Of a DNA stretch of 64,000 nucleotides, positions 38,443 through 48,501 are shown one piece after another. How positions within the stretch are numbered: position 1 is the first letter of the stretch; the number at the start of each line of letters is the position of its first letter. Under the pieces are notes generated by a model. That model had not been told where the DNA came from and made no database searches. It was given only the letters and a program-made list of their open reading frames with translations. The position numbers and the translations under genes were made by a program. This stretch comes from a virus. The DNA lies in IMG/VR virus record IMGVR_UViG_3300040801_002923, positions 32,001 to 96,000 of that record, one strand, 5' to 3'.

Positions 38443-39474
38443 ATGGCAAGAATCTACACACTAACTAACGTATCAGGTACTTCGCGAACATACGCAGGTC
38501 AGACAATTGCTGACACAGCTACGTATACGGTTGCTAACGAAACAGAGCGTCAGGCCTTTAAGTCCGACAAGAATCTATTCCAAGCCGTATCATCGGGAAT
38601 CGTCCGTGTTGGTGATGGCACCACGATTTTCGACGATCCCATTAAGGGATGGGAATGGTTGCAGGGCGCTGTCCCCGAAGTAACAATCGCTCAAAACACA
38701 CCCGCGCTGGGTGGTAAAGTTGCTGTGCACTCGTCATCGAAACCAGAGCTCGAAGGTACGGAAACGTTTGTTGTGTGGACGGGTGCAGGCGATGATCCCA
38801 ACGCTGCAGATGGCTGTGGTCTCGGCGATGGTGACCTGCTAAACTTTCAAATGACGATTGGCACGCCGCATGTAACGAAAGACGTAATATGGAGCCAAAG
38901 AGAATTTGGCCGCGTGTGGATTCACGAAGCGTACTTGAAATTCACCAGTGGCGGTAATGGTGATTACATCACCGCACTCGTGATGTCAAAGCCGTCGACT
39001 ATTCTGGATGCAGCCACCGTATCAGCACTCGAAGGAGCGGGACAGATTCCTCCCGGCGCGGTAAGTTTGGATCTTGTTCAGCACGAAACAGACGCAACCA
39101 GATTTAAGATGTCGCCCGATGGGCCGGGAACGGGTACACACGGCTTCGGCGACACACCTGTTTTGGTTCCTCACACATTCACCAAGAATGGCGATTGGGA
39201 CTATGATGGCGTCAACTTAATCCCGAACGTGAATGGAACCGGTGCATTCACTATTCACACCACCGAAATGAGTTGCCACAAATACGTAAACAAAGTTCCG
39301 TGCTTTGGTACATGCTCGACGTATTTCATGATGTCATCAGACGAGACGGCTGAAATCCGTGATGGCTATTTTGTCCGGATAACATGCTATAACAACTCTA
39401 ACACTAACTGGCAAGCGTCTGTGCTGATGGAGATTTATCGAGAGCAAACTGTCTCGCACGATTGCACCGTGTAA
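38443..39474 (+). CDS. virion structural protein
   Basis: TAAATA at 38433, beta-rich, located within the fibre cluster. Confidence 0.65.
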   Translation: MARIYTLTNVSGTSRTYAGQTIADTATYTVANETERQAFKSDKNLFQAVSSGIVRVGDGTTIFDDPIKGWEWLQGAVPEVTIAQNTPALGGKVAVHSSSKPELEGTETFVVWTGAGDDPNAADGCGLGDGDLLNFQMTIGTPHVTKDVIWSQREFGRVWIHEAYLKFTSGGNGDYITALVMSKPSTILDAATVSALEGAGQIPPGAVSLDLVQHETDATRFKMSPDGPGTGTHGFGDTPVLVPHTFTKNGDWDYDGVNLIPNVNGTGAFTIHTTEMSCHKYVNKVPCFGTCSTYFMMSSDETAEIRDGYFVRITCYNNSNTNWQASVLMEIYREQTVSHDCTV

Positions 39475-39510
39475 TAAATACCTCTCATAACGCGCTATGA
39501 GAGGCTATAA

Positions 39511-42500
39511 ATGAGACTGAACTTTCGCCAGGGAATCGTAAGCTACCCGCAGCCAGGTAACCCACCTAGCTTTCTGCTTGTGAGTGGTAACTTCGTTGAT
39601 CTTCGTACAACCAACGGCCCAATAAGTGTTACGTTTGCCCACAAAGATACCGATTACTTCTTCTCTGAAGGAAGAGATGTAGTCGGAGCTTGGGGACCAT
39701 TCCCCGATGGCTTTCCGGTGTGGTTGTACTGGGATATCGATCGTCAAACTGGCCAGCGTACTTTCGGTCACACAACTGTGGAGCCTATCGCCAGTATTTC
39801 AGCTCCTCTCGATCCTGTAGAAGACCAGCATTGGTTCAACACAGGCAATGCAACACACTTTGTGTGGCAAAGTGGTCGATGGGTAGAGGTAATTCGCGTC
39901 TTTGCAGCTCGATACGATGGTGGTGGTATTCCGTTTGGCGCGCTCGGCAGCAATTCACAACTCCCCTTCGCAGGTACACAGGTCGGTCTTGTTGGTGGAA
40001 CAGTTTTCGCTGGCACACTTCTATTTGACGAAGCTGGCAACCCTATTGTAAAGTCTTCAAACGGCACATTCTACACCACTGAAACAGAGTTCTTCTCCGG
40101 TGCTACACGTATCAATGGTATCCGCCTCGAGAGCGACGTCATCACAGGCGTCGTCGCGCAGAACACACCCGCGTACTCCGTTGTCCGTTTCGGCTCAGAC
40201 AACCGACTACAACTAGCTGAATACAACGACTCAGAGCTCAATGCAATCGCGATTACAACGCAGCAAGGGCTTGTTAATGATTTGATCAACGTTGTGGCTC
40301 AAGGTGTTGTCGTCAATGAACAGTGGAACTGGCCTAACATTGGTGCTGCCTTGTACATCGGTGCGGGTGGAGTGCTCACAGAAGAAGACGCGCACGATAC
40401 AAATCCATCAGTATTCCCAATCGCAAGAGTCCCAGTCGCTCGTGTAATCGGCAGACGCTCAGTTATCTTCCAACAAGGTCTCGGTGGGGTTGGTCCTGCA
40501 GGTCCGGCTGGTAGTGTTGGTAATCTACCTTTCGCCTCGTCAACAGAGCGCGGTACGACGTTCCTCGACGTAGACCCTGCAACAGGCACACTACCCATCG
40601 CAGTTGGCGTTAACAGTCCGTTGCTGGCTGGCGCGCCTTTTGCGCCTCTAGCTCACCTCACGGATCCAAACGCACACCCAGCAACGAGTATCACATTCGC
40701 GCCGAGCGGTAACCTAACGTCAACTGACGTGCAGGCGGCACTCGAAGAGCTCGATACGTTTGCTCAGAGTATTGCAGCAGGATTTGATCCAAAGGAATCT
40801 GTGCGTGCAGCTACAAACGGACCACTAGCGGGCGCTGTATACACCCCAACAAACGGTTTCGCAGGTACAGGCCAATTTACGTCCCCGCCTACGGTGATTG
40901 ACGGCGTGACGCTGCAGACAGGCGACCGTGTTCTTGTTAAAGATCAAGCTGATCCTCGTGAGAACGGCATCTACACAGTCGTTACAGCGGGTGGTTTCTG
41001 GGACCGAGCTCCTGATCAAAACGGCACACCATCGGCCGAAGTGTCCGCTGGTAACTTCACGGTCGTTGAGCAGGGTGCTGTAAACACCAACGTTGGATGG
41101 ATCCTCGCCGGCAACGGTGAACTTACACTGAACACGGATCCACTCGTATGGGTTCGCTTCTCCGGAGGCGTTCCACTATCGCACCTGACCGATCCCGACG
41201 CACACACTGCAGCTAATATCACCAACGTAGCCGCCGTGTCAACGCAGTTTGGCACACCGTCGGTCGTCGCCGATGTTGCAGCAACAGATGTTCAGGGAGC
41301 AGTTAACGAGCTACTCGACGAGAAGGCTCTGGCACGTCCTGCCTACACCGCGTTTGGAAATCTACCTGATGCAACCACGGCTAGTGGAATGTATGCCTTC
41401 GTTTCTGGCGACGACAAGCACTATGTGTCTGACGGCGTTGATTGGATCGGCCTGATCCGAGAAGACTCCAATCTCACAATTGATATTCCTTTCTTTGCGC
41501 GCGATACGTGGGCAACACCTGGTGATATCATGGCGTCATACGTCGCCGCAAGAACCATTACCGTTCCGGCTGGTGCTCCAGGTTCTGTTGCTGTGGCCAA
41601 CACACCAGCAGCATCAAACACCAGCTTCGATCTGGTTCAGGTTCCTGTTGGCGGTGTCGGTTCTTTCATCGTCGGCACAGTAGACTTTGCAGCTGGATCA
41701 AACGTCGGTACTTTCAACGTTGCTGCTAACTTTGGTCTAATTGCTGGCGAGCAGCTTCGCCTTGTTGCCTCGGCACCTGTTGACGGTACGATTGCTGACA
41801 TTTCCGTTAACATCGTTGGTTGTGCACCTCTAGCAGTTTGCATCCCTGTAACACCTGCACCGCCTCCTGTTGTCGGTCCAGAACTACTGATCTTCGGCTA
41901 TGCATATGACGGTGTGTTCTCCTTGGATCCTGAAGATCCACCAATTGTGATTGCAGATGCTGGATATCTTGTCGATGCGTACGCTGTCACGGAAAATAGT
42001 GACCTAAGTGACGTGATTGCACAAGGTGGCGATCCTATCACAAGCATCACCATCCGCGCGACGCATTACTACGCAGCCCCTGATAACTTCACACAGGTAG
42101 AGCGCGAAACGCCGCCCGAGTATCCATCGAGCGAGTGGTATGCTCTAGGCACAGGACCTAACCCAACGTATGGTGTTCGTCTGACGTACAACGCAGCGAG
42201 TGTAGATTATCCAGCTCTAACGCCGCTGGATATCACCTCTCTCACAGGCACGTTCGACTACACAGAACTTGCTGGTGGAACACCATCGGCTATCGGCCAT
42301 TGGATTCGCGCGGAAGTCACAGCTGAGAACGGCGGTGGTGGTGAAACCGTTAAGGCTCTCTACCTGCGCAGACAAGTCGCACAACCAAACGACTTGAACG
42401 CAATAGATCTCCTACTGACTGTTGATGGCTGGGTAGACCAGCACGACGCTCCAGTAACGCCTCTTGCACGTAATGCCGGTGACTGGGATCCAAACGATCT

Positions 42501-45500
42501 GTATGCGTATGATCGCCTCCCAGCCGCAGTAAAACTGTCCGCAGGGCCAAACGCCTCTTCGAACGCAACGCGAATTCGAATTGTACAGAAAAACGTAACA
42601 TCAACGGCTGATGGATCAACACCACCGGCGTCTGGATGGGTTCCATTTGACAACGAGATCGACGTAACGGGTGATGGGTTGGTCATCGGTGCTCTTGGCT
42701 CAAACCTGGGATCGTTTACCGGTCAAGACAACACAGTTGTTCTCACTGATGCGACAACCGACGAACACGTGTTCCTCGCTGACCTAACGGATATCGATTT
42801 CACAAATTTCTTTGCTGAGGCGCCTAACTCAACACCAGGCGCCTGGTATCGCATGGAAGTCACAGCACAGAACTACGTGGGCGGTGAACTCGACGCGCAG
42901 TCAAACACAGAAACGGTCGACGTTCGCGTAGGGTCTCCGCCTGCTGGCACACCAACGCTGACAATCAACGGTCCTGTCGATCAAGCAGGCGAGGGTGGGC
43001 CTTCTGCGTTTACGAACCTCCGCGACGCTATTACAATTGGTGGTGGCACTATCCAAAGCTTCGGTCTGCGTTTCACGGCAGCAGAATTCAACACCACATC
43101 GACGTCCGCGGGGCCACCGCCAACAACTGGCTGGCAACCGCTATCAATGCCTGAACTCGCAACATCATCTATTGGTGACCTGGAATCTGTGAGTTGGAAC
43201 GATGATGGCTACTACTCATCGGCATCGCGCCTAGTACCACGAAATACATCATCGTTTGGCACGGGTGTCGTTTCGCCGGTACCGTTGCCAGATACAACAA
43301 CGTTCTTCGCTCTCGGTGGCGAAGCGACGCCTGGTGTGTGGTTCCGCTATGCTGTAACAGCTGTTAACGCCAGTGGCGCATCGCGCGCTGCATTGCTAAC
43401 AATGCGTGTTGGAAGCGATGGTGTTGTTCCGACGACTCCAGATTTTCAGGTGAATGGATTTATTTCAAACCCAATTGCTCCGTTTTCCGGTAGTGTTATT
43501 GGTCACTCAGCTGCCGCTTCAACAAGCAGCAATCAAATCAACAACATTCTAACATTCCCAGGACCTAGCGTCGGCGCAACCGTGACAGCAACGGTCACTC
43601 ACTACGCGGAGATAACACCTAGACACAATCTCACACCGCCTGATTATCCAACAGATGCTGATACAACATGGTATGTACCAGGTACAGGTCCTGAATCGAC
43701 TGCAACACTATCTGTTGGGCCGTCAGGAAGTCAAGTCGTGTTCCCACCAGGTCCGAGTGTAGTATTTGACGTATCGTCGGGATTCATGGCAGCTGTATTC
43801 ACCGCCGGTCCTGATAACTCCGATGAAGTGTGGTGGAGACTTGAACTCGAGTACAACGATGGCGTTGGTGGTATTCAGACACGTCCTCTATACCTCAAGT
43901 TTAGTGAGACATCCTACGGCACCATTGACAATGTTCCTACTTTGTCAGCAGAGGGGTGGATTGACCAAACAATGGGCGATGTTACACCAGCTCAGCGTAT
44001 TCCGAATGAATACAACCCCAACGATCTGCATCCGTATGATTCGTTCCCCGACGCTGTTGTGCAGCAGGTCGATTCGGGTGGGGCAGCGACTGGCAGAACA
44101 CTAGTACCAACAATCCTCGAAAAAAACCTCACTGCCACGTTGCCGGGGGAGGCACCACCAACAGCAGGGTGGATACCGTTTGGTGGCGAAAGTGAAACTG
44201 ATGGTCTTGCTATGGGGGTCGCCTGGCGCTCAGGATCGACAGGAACTTCAACAGATATCGGATCAATTGCTGTTATCGGTGGAGACGACGTAACGGTACC
44301 CAACCTAATACCAGCTCCGTGGAGAGTATCTGGTCCGTCAACGAGTGGAACAGCACGATCCTTTGAGACGACCAACTACTTTGCGGAACTACCGGGATCT
44401 ACCCCAGGTGCGTGGTATCGCGTTGGACTCATACCTCTTCAAGCAGATTTCTACCCGCAGGGTGGTGAATTGATTCCGGGGGAAAATGAACCAATCATCA
44501 TCGAAGTCAAGGCAGGCCCAGCCGTTACGGGTGGTAATGGTGCACCAACGCTGGTGATCAATGGACCTGTTGATCAGTCGCCAGGTCGCGATTCTGGTTC
44601 CTTCGAAACGTTCGCGGATGCAATTACCGTTAGTGGTGTTGCCGGTGGGTCTGGCACGGGTCAGCTGAAGTACACACTGGTTGCTAAGAACGATACAGCA
44701 CCGCAGGCTGGTGCAACACCACCGACGACTGGTTGGGTTGCGTTCGACGCTAACGATCCAACAGACGGTTTGATTATCAACAACAGCTCTACCGATGGCC
44801 CAGGTGCAACAGGACCGTTTACGTTCCCTGCGCAGAGTTCGTTTATCTCCCCGTCGACGGGTACATATCGATGCTTAACACCATCGACAACAACCAATTA
44901 CCTTGCGGAGCGCCCTGGGGCAACGCCAGGTACCTGGTATCGTTTCCTTGTCACCGCGACACGGGACTCGGGATCTAACGATCATGGCGCAAGAACAGCT
45001 ACCGCATATCTGGATGTTCGTGTCTCCAACACGGGTGGCGGCAGCGGCGTTGAAATTCCGGGTCTGGTAACACTGTCGGCACCTGGCGCGTTCTTGGTAG
45101 ATGCTAATGGAGCAACACCAGCTGCGGGTGGTGTAACACAAATGTCGGATCTATTGGTTGTTGATCCAAGTGTGACAATTTTGAGCTTCACCCCAATAGG
45201 ATTTGTTGACGCGGCGTCGGGTAGCAGTGGGAACCCACCACCGGCACCGGGCTCGTTTGGCACAATCACAGCCGTTACGGAAGGTATTCGCTTCAACCCG
45301 CTCACACAATATAGTGGTGGATCCTTCTCGGGATACCCACCGCAGACGGATGTATGGCCTGGTGGCACGCCAAGCTATGTAGTTAACCCGTATCAGGGAG
45401 TTCTGCCAGACGACACAGGTTCGTTCCTCAATAAGTTCATCACCGGCGGCGGTGGAACATCCGCTTCGGGTCGCTGGTGGGAGGTTGAAGTGCGCGCTGA

Positions 45501-45552
45501 ACGGCTGGACGGGGACTTCACTCTCTTGACGGTGTATATGGCAGACTTCTAA
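39511..45552 (+). CDS. giant (2013 aa) fibre / structural protein with an internal duplication
   Basis: MRLNFRQGIV...WLYWDID N-terminal module, GFDPKESVRAAT fibre module, repeated TPGxWYR domains. TAAATA at 39475. Confidence 0.8.
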   Translation: MRLNFRQGIVSYPQPGNPPSFLLVSGNFVDLRTTNGPISVTFAHKDTDYFFSEGRDVVGAWGPFPDGFPVWLYWDIDRQTGQRTFGHTTVEPIASISAPLDPVEDQHWFNTGNATHFVWQSGRWVEVIRVFAARYDGGGIPFGALGSNSQLPFAGTQVGLVGGTVFAGTLLFDEAGNPIVKSSNGTFYTTETEFFSGATRINGIRLESDVITGVVAQNTPAYSVVRFGSDNRLQLAEYNDSELNAIAITTQQGLVNDLINVVAQGVVVNEQWNWPNIGAALYIGAGGVLTEEDAHDTNPSVFPIARVPVARVIGRRSVIFQQGLGGVGPAGPAGSVGNLPFASSTERGTTFLDVDPATGTLPIAVGVNSPLLAGAPFAPLAHLTDPNAHPATSITFAPSGNLTSTDVQAALEELDTFAQSIAAGFDPKESVRAATNGPLAGAVYTPTNGFAGTGQFTSPPTVIDGVTLQTGDRVLVKDQADPRENGIYTVVTAGGFWDRAPDQNGTPSAEVSAGNFTVVEQGAVNTNVGWILAGNGELTLNTDPLVWVRFSGGVPLSHLTDPDAHTAANITNVAAVSTQFGTPSVVADVAATDVQGAVNELLDEKALARPAYTAFGNLPDATTASGMYAFVSGDDKHYVSDGVDWIGLIREDSNLTIDIPFFARDTWATPGDIMASYVAARTITVPAGAPGSVAVANTPAASNTSFDLVQVPVGGVGSFIVGTVDFAAGSNVGTFNVAANFGLIAGEQLRLVASAPVDGTIADISVNIVGCAPLAVCIPVTPAPPPVVGPELLIFGYAYDGVFSLDPEDPPIVIADAGYLVDAYAVTENSDLSDVIAQGGDPITSITIRATHYYAAPDNFTQVERETPPEYPSSEWYALGTGPNPTYGVRLTYNAASVDYPALTPLDITSLTGTFDYTELAGGTPSAIGHWIRAEVTAENGGGGETVKALYLRRQVAQPNDLNAIDLLLTVDGWVDQHDAPVTPLARNAGDWDPNDLYAYDRLPAAVKLSAGPNASSNATRIRIVQKNVTSTADGSTPPASGWVPFDNEIDVTGDGLVIGALGSNLGSFTGQDNTVVLTDATTDEHVFLADLTDIDFTNFFAEAPNSTPGAWYRMEVTAQNYVGGELDAQSNTETVDVRVGSPPAGTPTLTINGPVDQAGEGGPSAFTNLRDAITIGGGTIQSFGLRFTAAEFNTTSTSAGPPPTTGWQPLSMPELATSSIGDLESVSWNDDGYYSSASRLVPRNTSSFGTGVVSPVPLPDTTTFFALGGEATPGVWFRYAVTAVNASGASRAALLTMRVGSDGVVPTTPDFQVNGFISNPIAPFSGSVIGHSAAASTSSNQINNILTFPGPSVGATVTATVTHYAEITPRHNLTPPDYPTDADTTWYVPGTGPESTATLSVGPSGSQVVFPPGPSVVFDVSSGFMAAVFTAGPDNSDEVWWRLELEYNDGVGGIQTRPLYLKFSETSYGTIDNVPTLSAEGWIDQTMGDVTPAQRIPNEYNPNDLHPYDSFPDAVVQQVDSGGAATGRTLVPTILEKNLTATLPGEAPPTAGWIPFGGESETDGLAMGVAWRSGSTGTSTDIGSIAVIGGDDVTVPNLIPAPWRVSGPSTSGTARSFETTNYFAELPGSTPGAWYRVGLIPLQADFYPQGGELIPGENEPIIIEVKAGPAVTGGNGAPTLVINGPVDQSPGRDSGSFETFADAITVSGVAGGSGTGQLKYTLVAKNDTAPQAGATPPTTGWVAFDANDPTDGLIINNSSTDGPGATGPFTFPAQSSFISPSTGTYRCLTPSTTTNYLAERPGATPGTWYRFLVTATRDSGSNDHGARTATAYLDVRVSNTGGGSGVEIPGLVTLSAPGAFLVDANGATPAAGGVTQMSDLLVVDPSVTILSFTPIGFVDAASGSSGNPPPAPGSFGTITAVTEGIRFNPLTQYSGGSFSGYPPQTDVWPGGTPSYVVNPYQGVLPDDTGSFLNKFITGGGGTSASGRWWEVEVRAERLDGDFTLLTVYMADF

Positions 45553-45555
45553 GGG

Positions 45556-45585
45556 CTAGGGTAGGAGCAGTGGCTCCTACCCTAG
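45556..45585. terminator. perfect 13-bp hairpin between convergent genes
   Basis: CTAGGGTAGGAGC-AGTG-GCTCCTACCCTAG; no U-tract. Confidence 0.6.
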
Positions 45586-46131
45586 AACGCACTCTACGAA
45601 GTCCAGGTTGGCAAAGCGGGGGAACGAGTAGTTCTCCCGTAAGTACTTGTATGTCACAGCTTTACGCCCCGTCATATCGATGTATACAAGGTCTATACCA
45701 ACAGCCCTGTAGGCTTCGGGCCACGGCCATCCGTCTTTTTGATATGGTGTCAGCGCCTGATTCTCAGCATCAGTTGTTTTATGGATTTGCCTCTGCACAC
45801 TAAGAAGATGTGAGAACTGTTTGAGTGTTGGTGGGTTATTACGCCTTGCAGCAAAGTAGTCGAGAATAATCACCCCACTCTGCTGTCTCGATCTGAAGTG
45901 CTCGGGTGTTCCTTTGAGAGCTCGTTTTTGTCGATGACATTCATCAAGTAGCGCCATCGACATGAATCCTGTCCAGATGTTGGGTAGATCGTAGATTGCG
46001 TTGCTAATGATTCGCGCCACTATACCGATTCTATCCGCGCACTGCTTATCGTAATCTTCGAGCCACCAATAAGATGTTAGCTTTTTGTGCAACATCTCAA
46101 TCATGATCTCACTTCTTCCTGCTTTTGCCAT
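45577..46131 (-). CDS. hypothetical protein, possibly His-Me/HNH-like nuclease
   Basis: GGAGG SD; TPEHFRSR...HKTTDAENQAL...YRAVGI. Confidence 0.6.
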   Translation of the reverse strand: MAKAGRSEIMIEMLHKKLTSYWWLEDYDKQCADRIGIVARIISNAIYDLPNIWTGFMSMALLDECHRQKRALKGTPEHFRSRQQSGVIILDYFAARRNNPPTLKQFSHLLSVQRQIHKTTDAENQALTPYQKDGWPWPEAYRAVGIDLVYIDMTGRKAVTYKYLRENYSFPRFANLDFVECVLG

Positions 46132-46289
46132 ATATGCCTCCCTGTTGCGATCGTCCAGGGGACAACCGGTCAGGGGGGCTTACAGGACGTCCAGCTCCGT
46201 TGTCAACGGGGACCTAGCAAATACCATTTTAACAGGTAAAAACCACGTTTAGGTAGTCTAAAAATAGGCAACTTTGTAAGGGTAAAGCA

Positions 46290-46416
46290 TAAATACCTAT
46301 GTTAAGGACGTTGTCCTTAACTCAGAACGGAAGTAGTATTCAGAACTGAAGTACAGAACAATCTCCTCCAAAAAAGAAGAGAACAACAACAAGAAGAGAA
46401 CAAATAGGAGGCCCCG
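46290..46416 (+). promoter_or_regulatory. SSB leader: late promoter, hairpin and A-rich repeated unstructured tract
   Basis: TAAATA at 46290; GTTAAGGAC-GTT-GTCCTTAAC at 46301-46321; CAGAAC(G/T)GAAGTA twice; AAGAAGAGAACAA twice. Confidence 0.65.
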
Positions 46417-47349
46417 ATGGCACTTTCTCTCGAACAACTACGCGCCGCGTTCAAAACCCCCGAGCGTTCCGGCAACACACTACCAAACAACTACTACCCC
46501 TTCTTCAACATGAAGACAGGCGAGCAGGCAACAGTCCGCTTCCTTCCGGATGCAAATGCTGATAACCCTCTCGGCTTTCTTGTCGAGAAGCTGACCCACG
46601 TACTAGAAATCAACGGCGAGCGTAAGACAGTTCCGTGTCTCCGCATGTATGGCGAAGACTGCCCGATCTGTGCCGTGTCCTCTGCATACTACAAGGCGGA
46701 AGACAAGGTGAACGGTAAGAAGTACTGGCGGAAGAAGTCACACCTTGCGCAGGCTCTTGTCGTCGAAGACCCAATGCCAGCTGATGAGCAGACAGGCGAA
46801 ACACACGAAGGCAAGGTTCGCTTCTTGAACCTCGGTTACCAGGTGTACAACGTCATCAAAGATGCGTTCGAGTCGGGTGAGCTGGATGACGTACCGTTTG
46901 CTTTCGAAGGCGGGTGCAACTTCATCCTCAAGAAGACGCAGCAGGGTGAATACCCAGCATGGACGATGTCAAAGTTTGCACGCAGCGAATCTGACCTCAC
47001 GGCTGAGGAGATTGAGATCGCTGAAGAGGGAATGATCGACTTGTCCACTCTTCTGCCGAAGAACCCAGGTCGTGAAAAGGTCGAAGCGATGCTTGAAGCG
47101 GCTCTATCAGGTGCCGAGTATGTCGAGCCAAGCTCTGGCGATTCAGCACCGACAACTCCAGCTCCCGCTTCAGCTCCCGCTTCAGCTCCAGCTCCAGCTC
47201 CAGCTCCAGCTCCTACCAAGGCAGAGAACGTGAAGGAAACTTCAGTCCCAACCCCTGCAGTGTCTGACGAAGACAGCGAAGGTGGTGAAGCCGACGCGGA
47301 GAAGATTCTTGCGCAGATTCGCGCTCGCCGCAACAAGCGCGCGGAGTAA
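46417..47349 (+). CDS. gp32: single-stranded DNA-binding protein
   Basis: VRFLPD, H...CLRMYGEDCPIC, YWRKKS, GCNFILKKT, SKFAR. Confidence 0.9.
   Translation: MALSLEQLRAAFKTPERSGNTLPNNYYPFFNMKTGEQATVRFLPDANADNPLGFLVEKLTHVLEINGERKTVPCLRMYGEDCPICAVSSAYYKAEDKVNGKKYWRKKSHLAQALVVEDPMPADEQTGETHEGKVRFLNLGYQVYNVIKDAFESGELDDVPFAFEGGCNFILKKTQQGEYPAWTMSKFARSESDLTAEEIEIAEEGMIDLSTLLPKNPGREKVEAMLEAALSGAEYVEPSSGDSAPTTPAPASAPASAPAPAPAPAPTKAENVKETSVPTPAVSDEDSEGGEADAEKILAQIRARRNKRAE
47161..47214 (+). repeat. Ala-Pro microsatellite-like linker repeat
   Basis: (GCTCCCGCTTCA)x2 followed by (GCTCCA)x4 and GCTCCT. Confidence 0.85.
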
Positions 47350-47368
47350 TCTGAAGTTGCATAATCAG

Positions 47369-47394
47369 ATGGGCGGCCCTGCCGCCCATGTTTT
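47369..47394 (+). terminator. intrinsic terminator after SSB
   Basis: ATGGGCGGC-CCT-GCCGCCCAT-GTTTT. Confidence 0.65.
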
Positions 47395-47410
47395 CCGGAG
47401 GTACGTCTAA

Positions 47411-48496
47411 GTGAAATTCCTCAACGACTTCAAAAAGGATCTGGGTAAGCTAGGTCTGCAGGAAGGTACGGCTGAGCCACCAAAGTACTGGTATTCGTCT
47501 GGTAGCTACGTCCTTAACCGCACAATTTCAGGCGACTTCATGAAATGTGTCGCACAAGGCCGCATTCTGGGTCTTGTCGGGCCGTCAGGTTCGGGTAAGA
47601 GTTTTGTAGCATGTAACATCATGCGCGAAGCTCAACGGGCAGGTGCACACATCGTCGTTCTCGACAGCGAAAACGCGCTCGATAGTGACTTTGTAAGCAA
47701 AATTGGTGTCGATCCAGAGAACAACTACACCTACGTATCGGTTGATACGATTCCGCAGGTGCAAAAGGTTGTCTCATCCTTCATCAACGGCTACAAGAAA
47801 GAGTACGATGGTAGCGATGACGATCCGCAAGTTCTGTTCGTCATTGACAGCCTCGATATGCTGATCACCGAAACAGAGGAGGAGAACTTCCGCAAAGGGG
47901 TTCACAAAGGCGATCAGGGCCAACGAAACAAGCAGCTGAAAGCTATGCTAAGGCAGTTTGTTCAGGCTATCAAGAACTACAACATCGCCATGGTAATCAC
48001 CGATCAGGTTTATCGCAACCAAGATGTGATGAATGGCGAGGGTGTTTGGATGGTGAAAGATGCGGTCAAGTATTCGCTCTCTCAAATCATCATGCTAACG
48101 AAGCTCAAGCTGCGCGGCGAAGGTCGTGATATCGAGGGCATTCGCATGAAATGTGAGGGCTACAAGACCCGCTTTACAAAACCATTCCAGACAGTAACGC
48201 TGGAGGTTCCATATGAGACGGGCATCGATCCGTATAATGGTCTTCTGGAAGTTGCAATCGAGCTTGATGTAGTTCAGAAGAAAGGCAGCTGGTATGTATT
48301 CAAAGACCAGCAGTTCCGTCGCACGGACTTTAACACGGTAGGCGAAGATGTAATGATTGCATGTCAAGCCCTAAGTGATAGGTTCCTCACAGCGTTGGTG
48401 TCAACGGATGAAGAAGAAACCGTTGATCAACCAACTAGCAAATCGCGGCGCGAAGCCAAATTCGTTGGCGATAAGCAGGAAAGACTAGACGACTAA
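47411..48496 (+). CDS. uvsX: RecA-like recombinase
   Basis: SSGSYVLNRTISG, GPSGSGKS, LDSENALD, VIDSL, KTRFTKPF, GIDPYNGL. Confidence 0.92.
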   Translation: MKFLNDFKKDLGKLGLQEGTAEPPKYWYSSGSYVLNRTISGDFMKCVAQGRILGLVGPSGSGKSFVACNIMREAQRAGAHIVVLDSENALDSDFVSKIGVDPENNYTYVSVDTIPQVQKVVSSFINGYKKEYDGSDDDPQVLFVIDSLDMLITETEEENFRKGVHKGDQGQRNKQLKAMLRQFVQAIKNYNIAMVITDQVYRNQDVMNGEGVWMVKDAVKYSLSQIIMLTKLKLRGEGRDIEGIRMKCEGYKTRFTKPFQTVTLEVPYETGIDPYNGLLEVAIELDVVQKKGSWYVFKDQQFRRTDFNTVGEDVMIACQALSDRFLTALVSTDEEETVDQPTSKSRREAKFVGDKQERLDD

Positions 48497-48501
48497 GCCT
48501 T

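Noticed and set aside
46323-46403. Mini CRISPR array
   Set aside because: Repeats are 13 nt, two copies each, with 4-5 nt spacers, and there are no cas genes.
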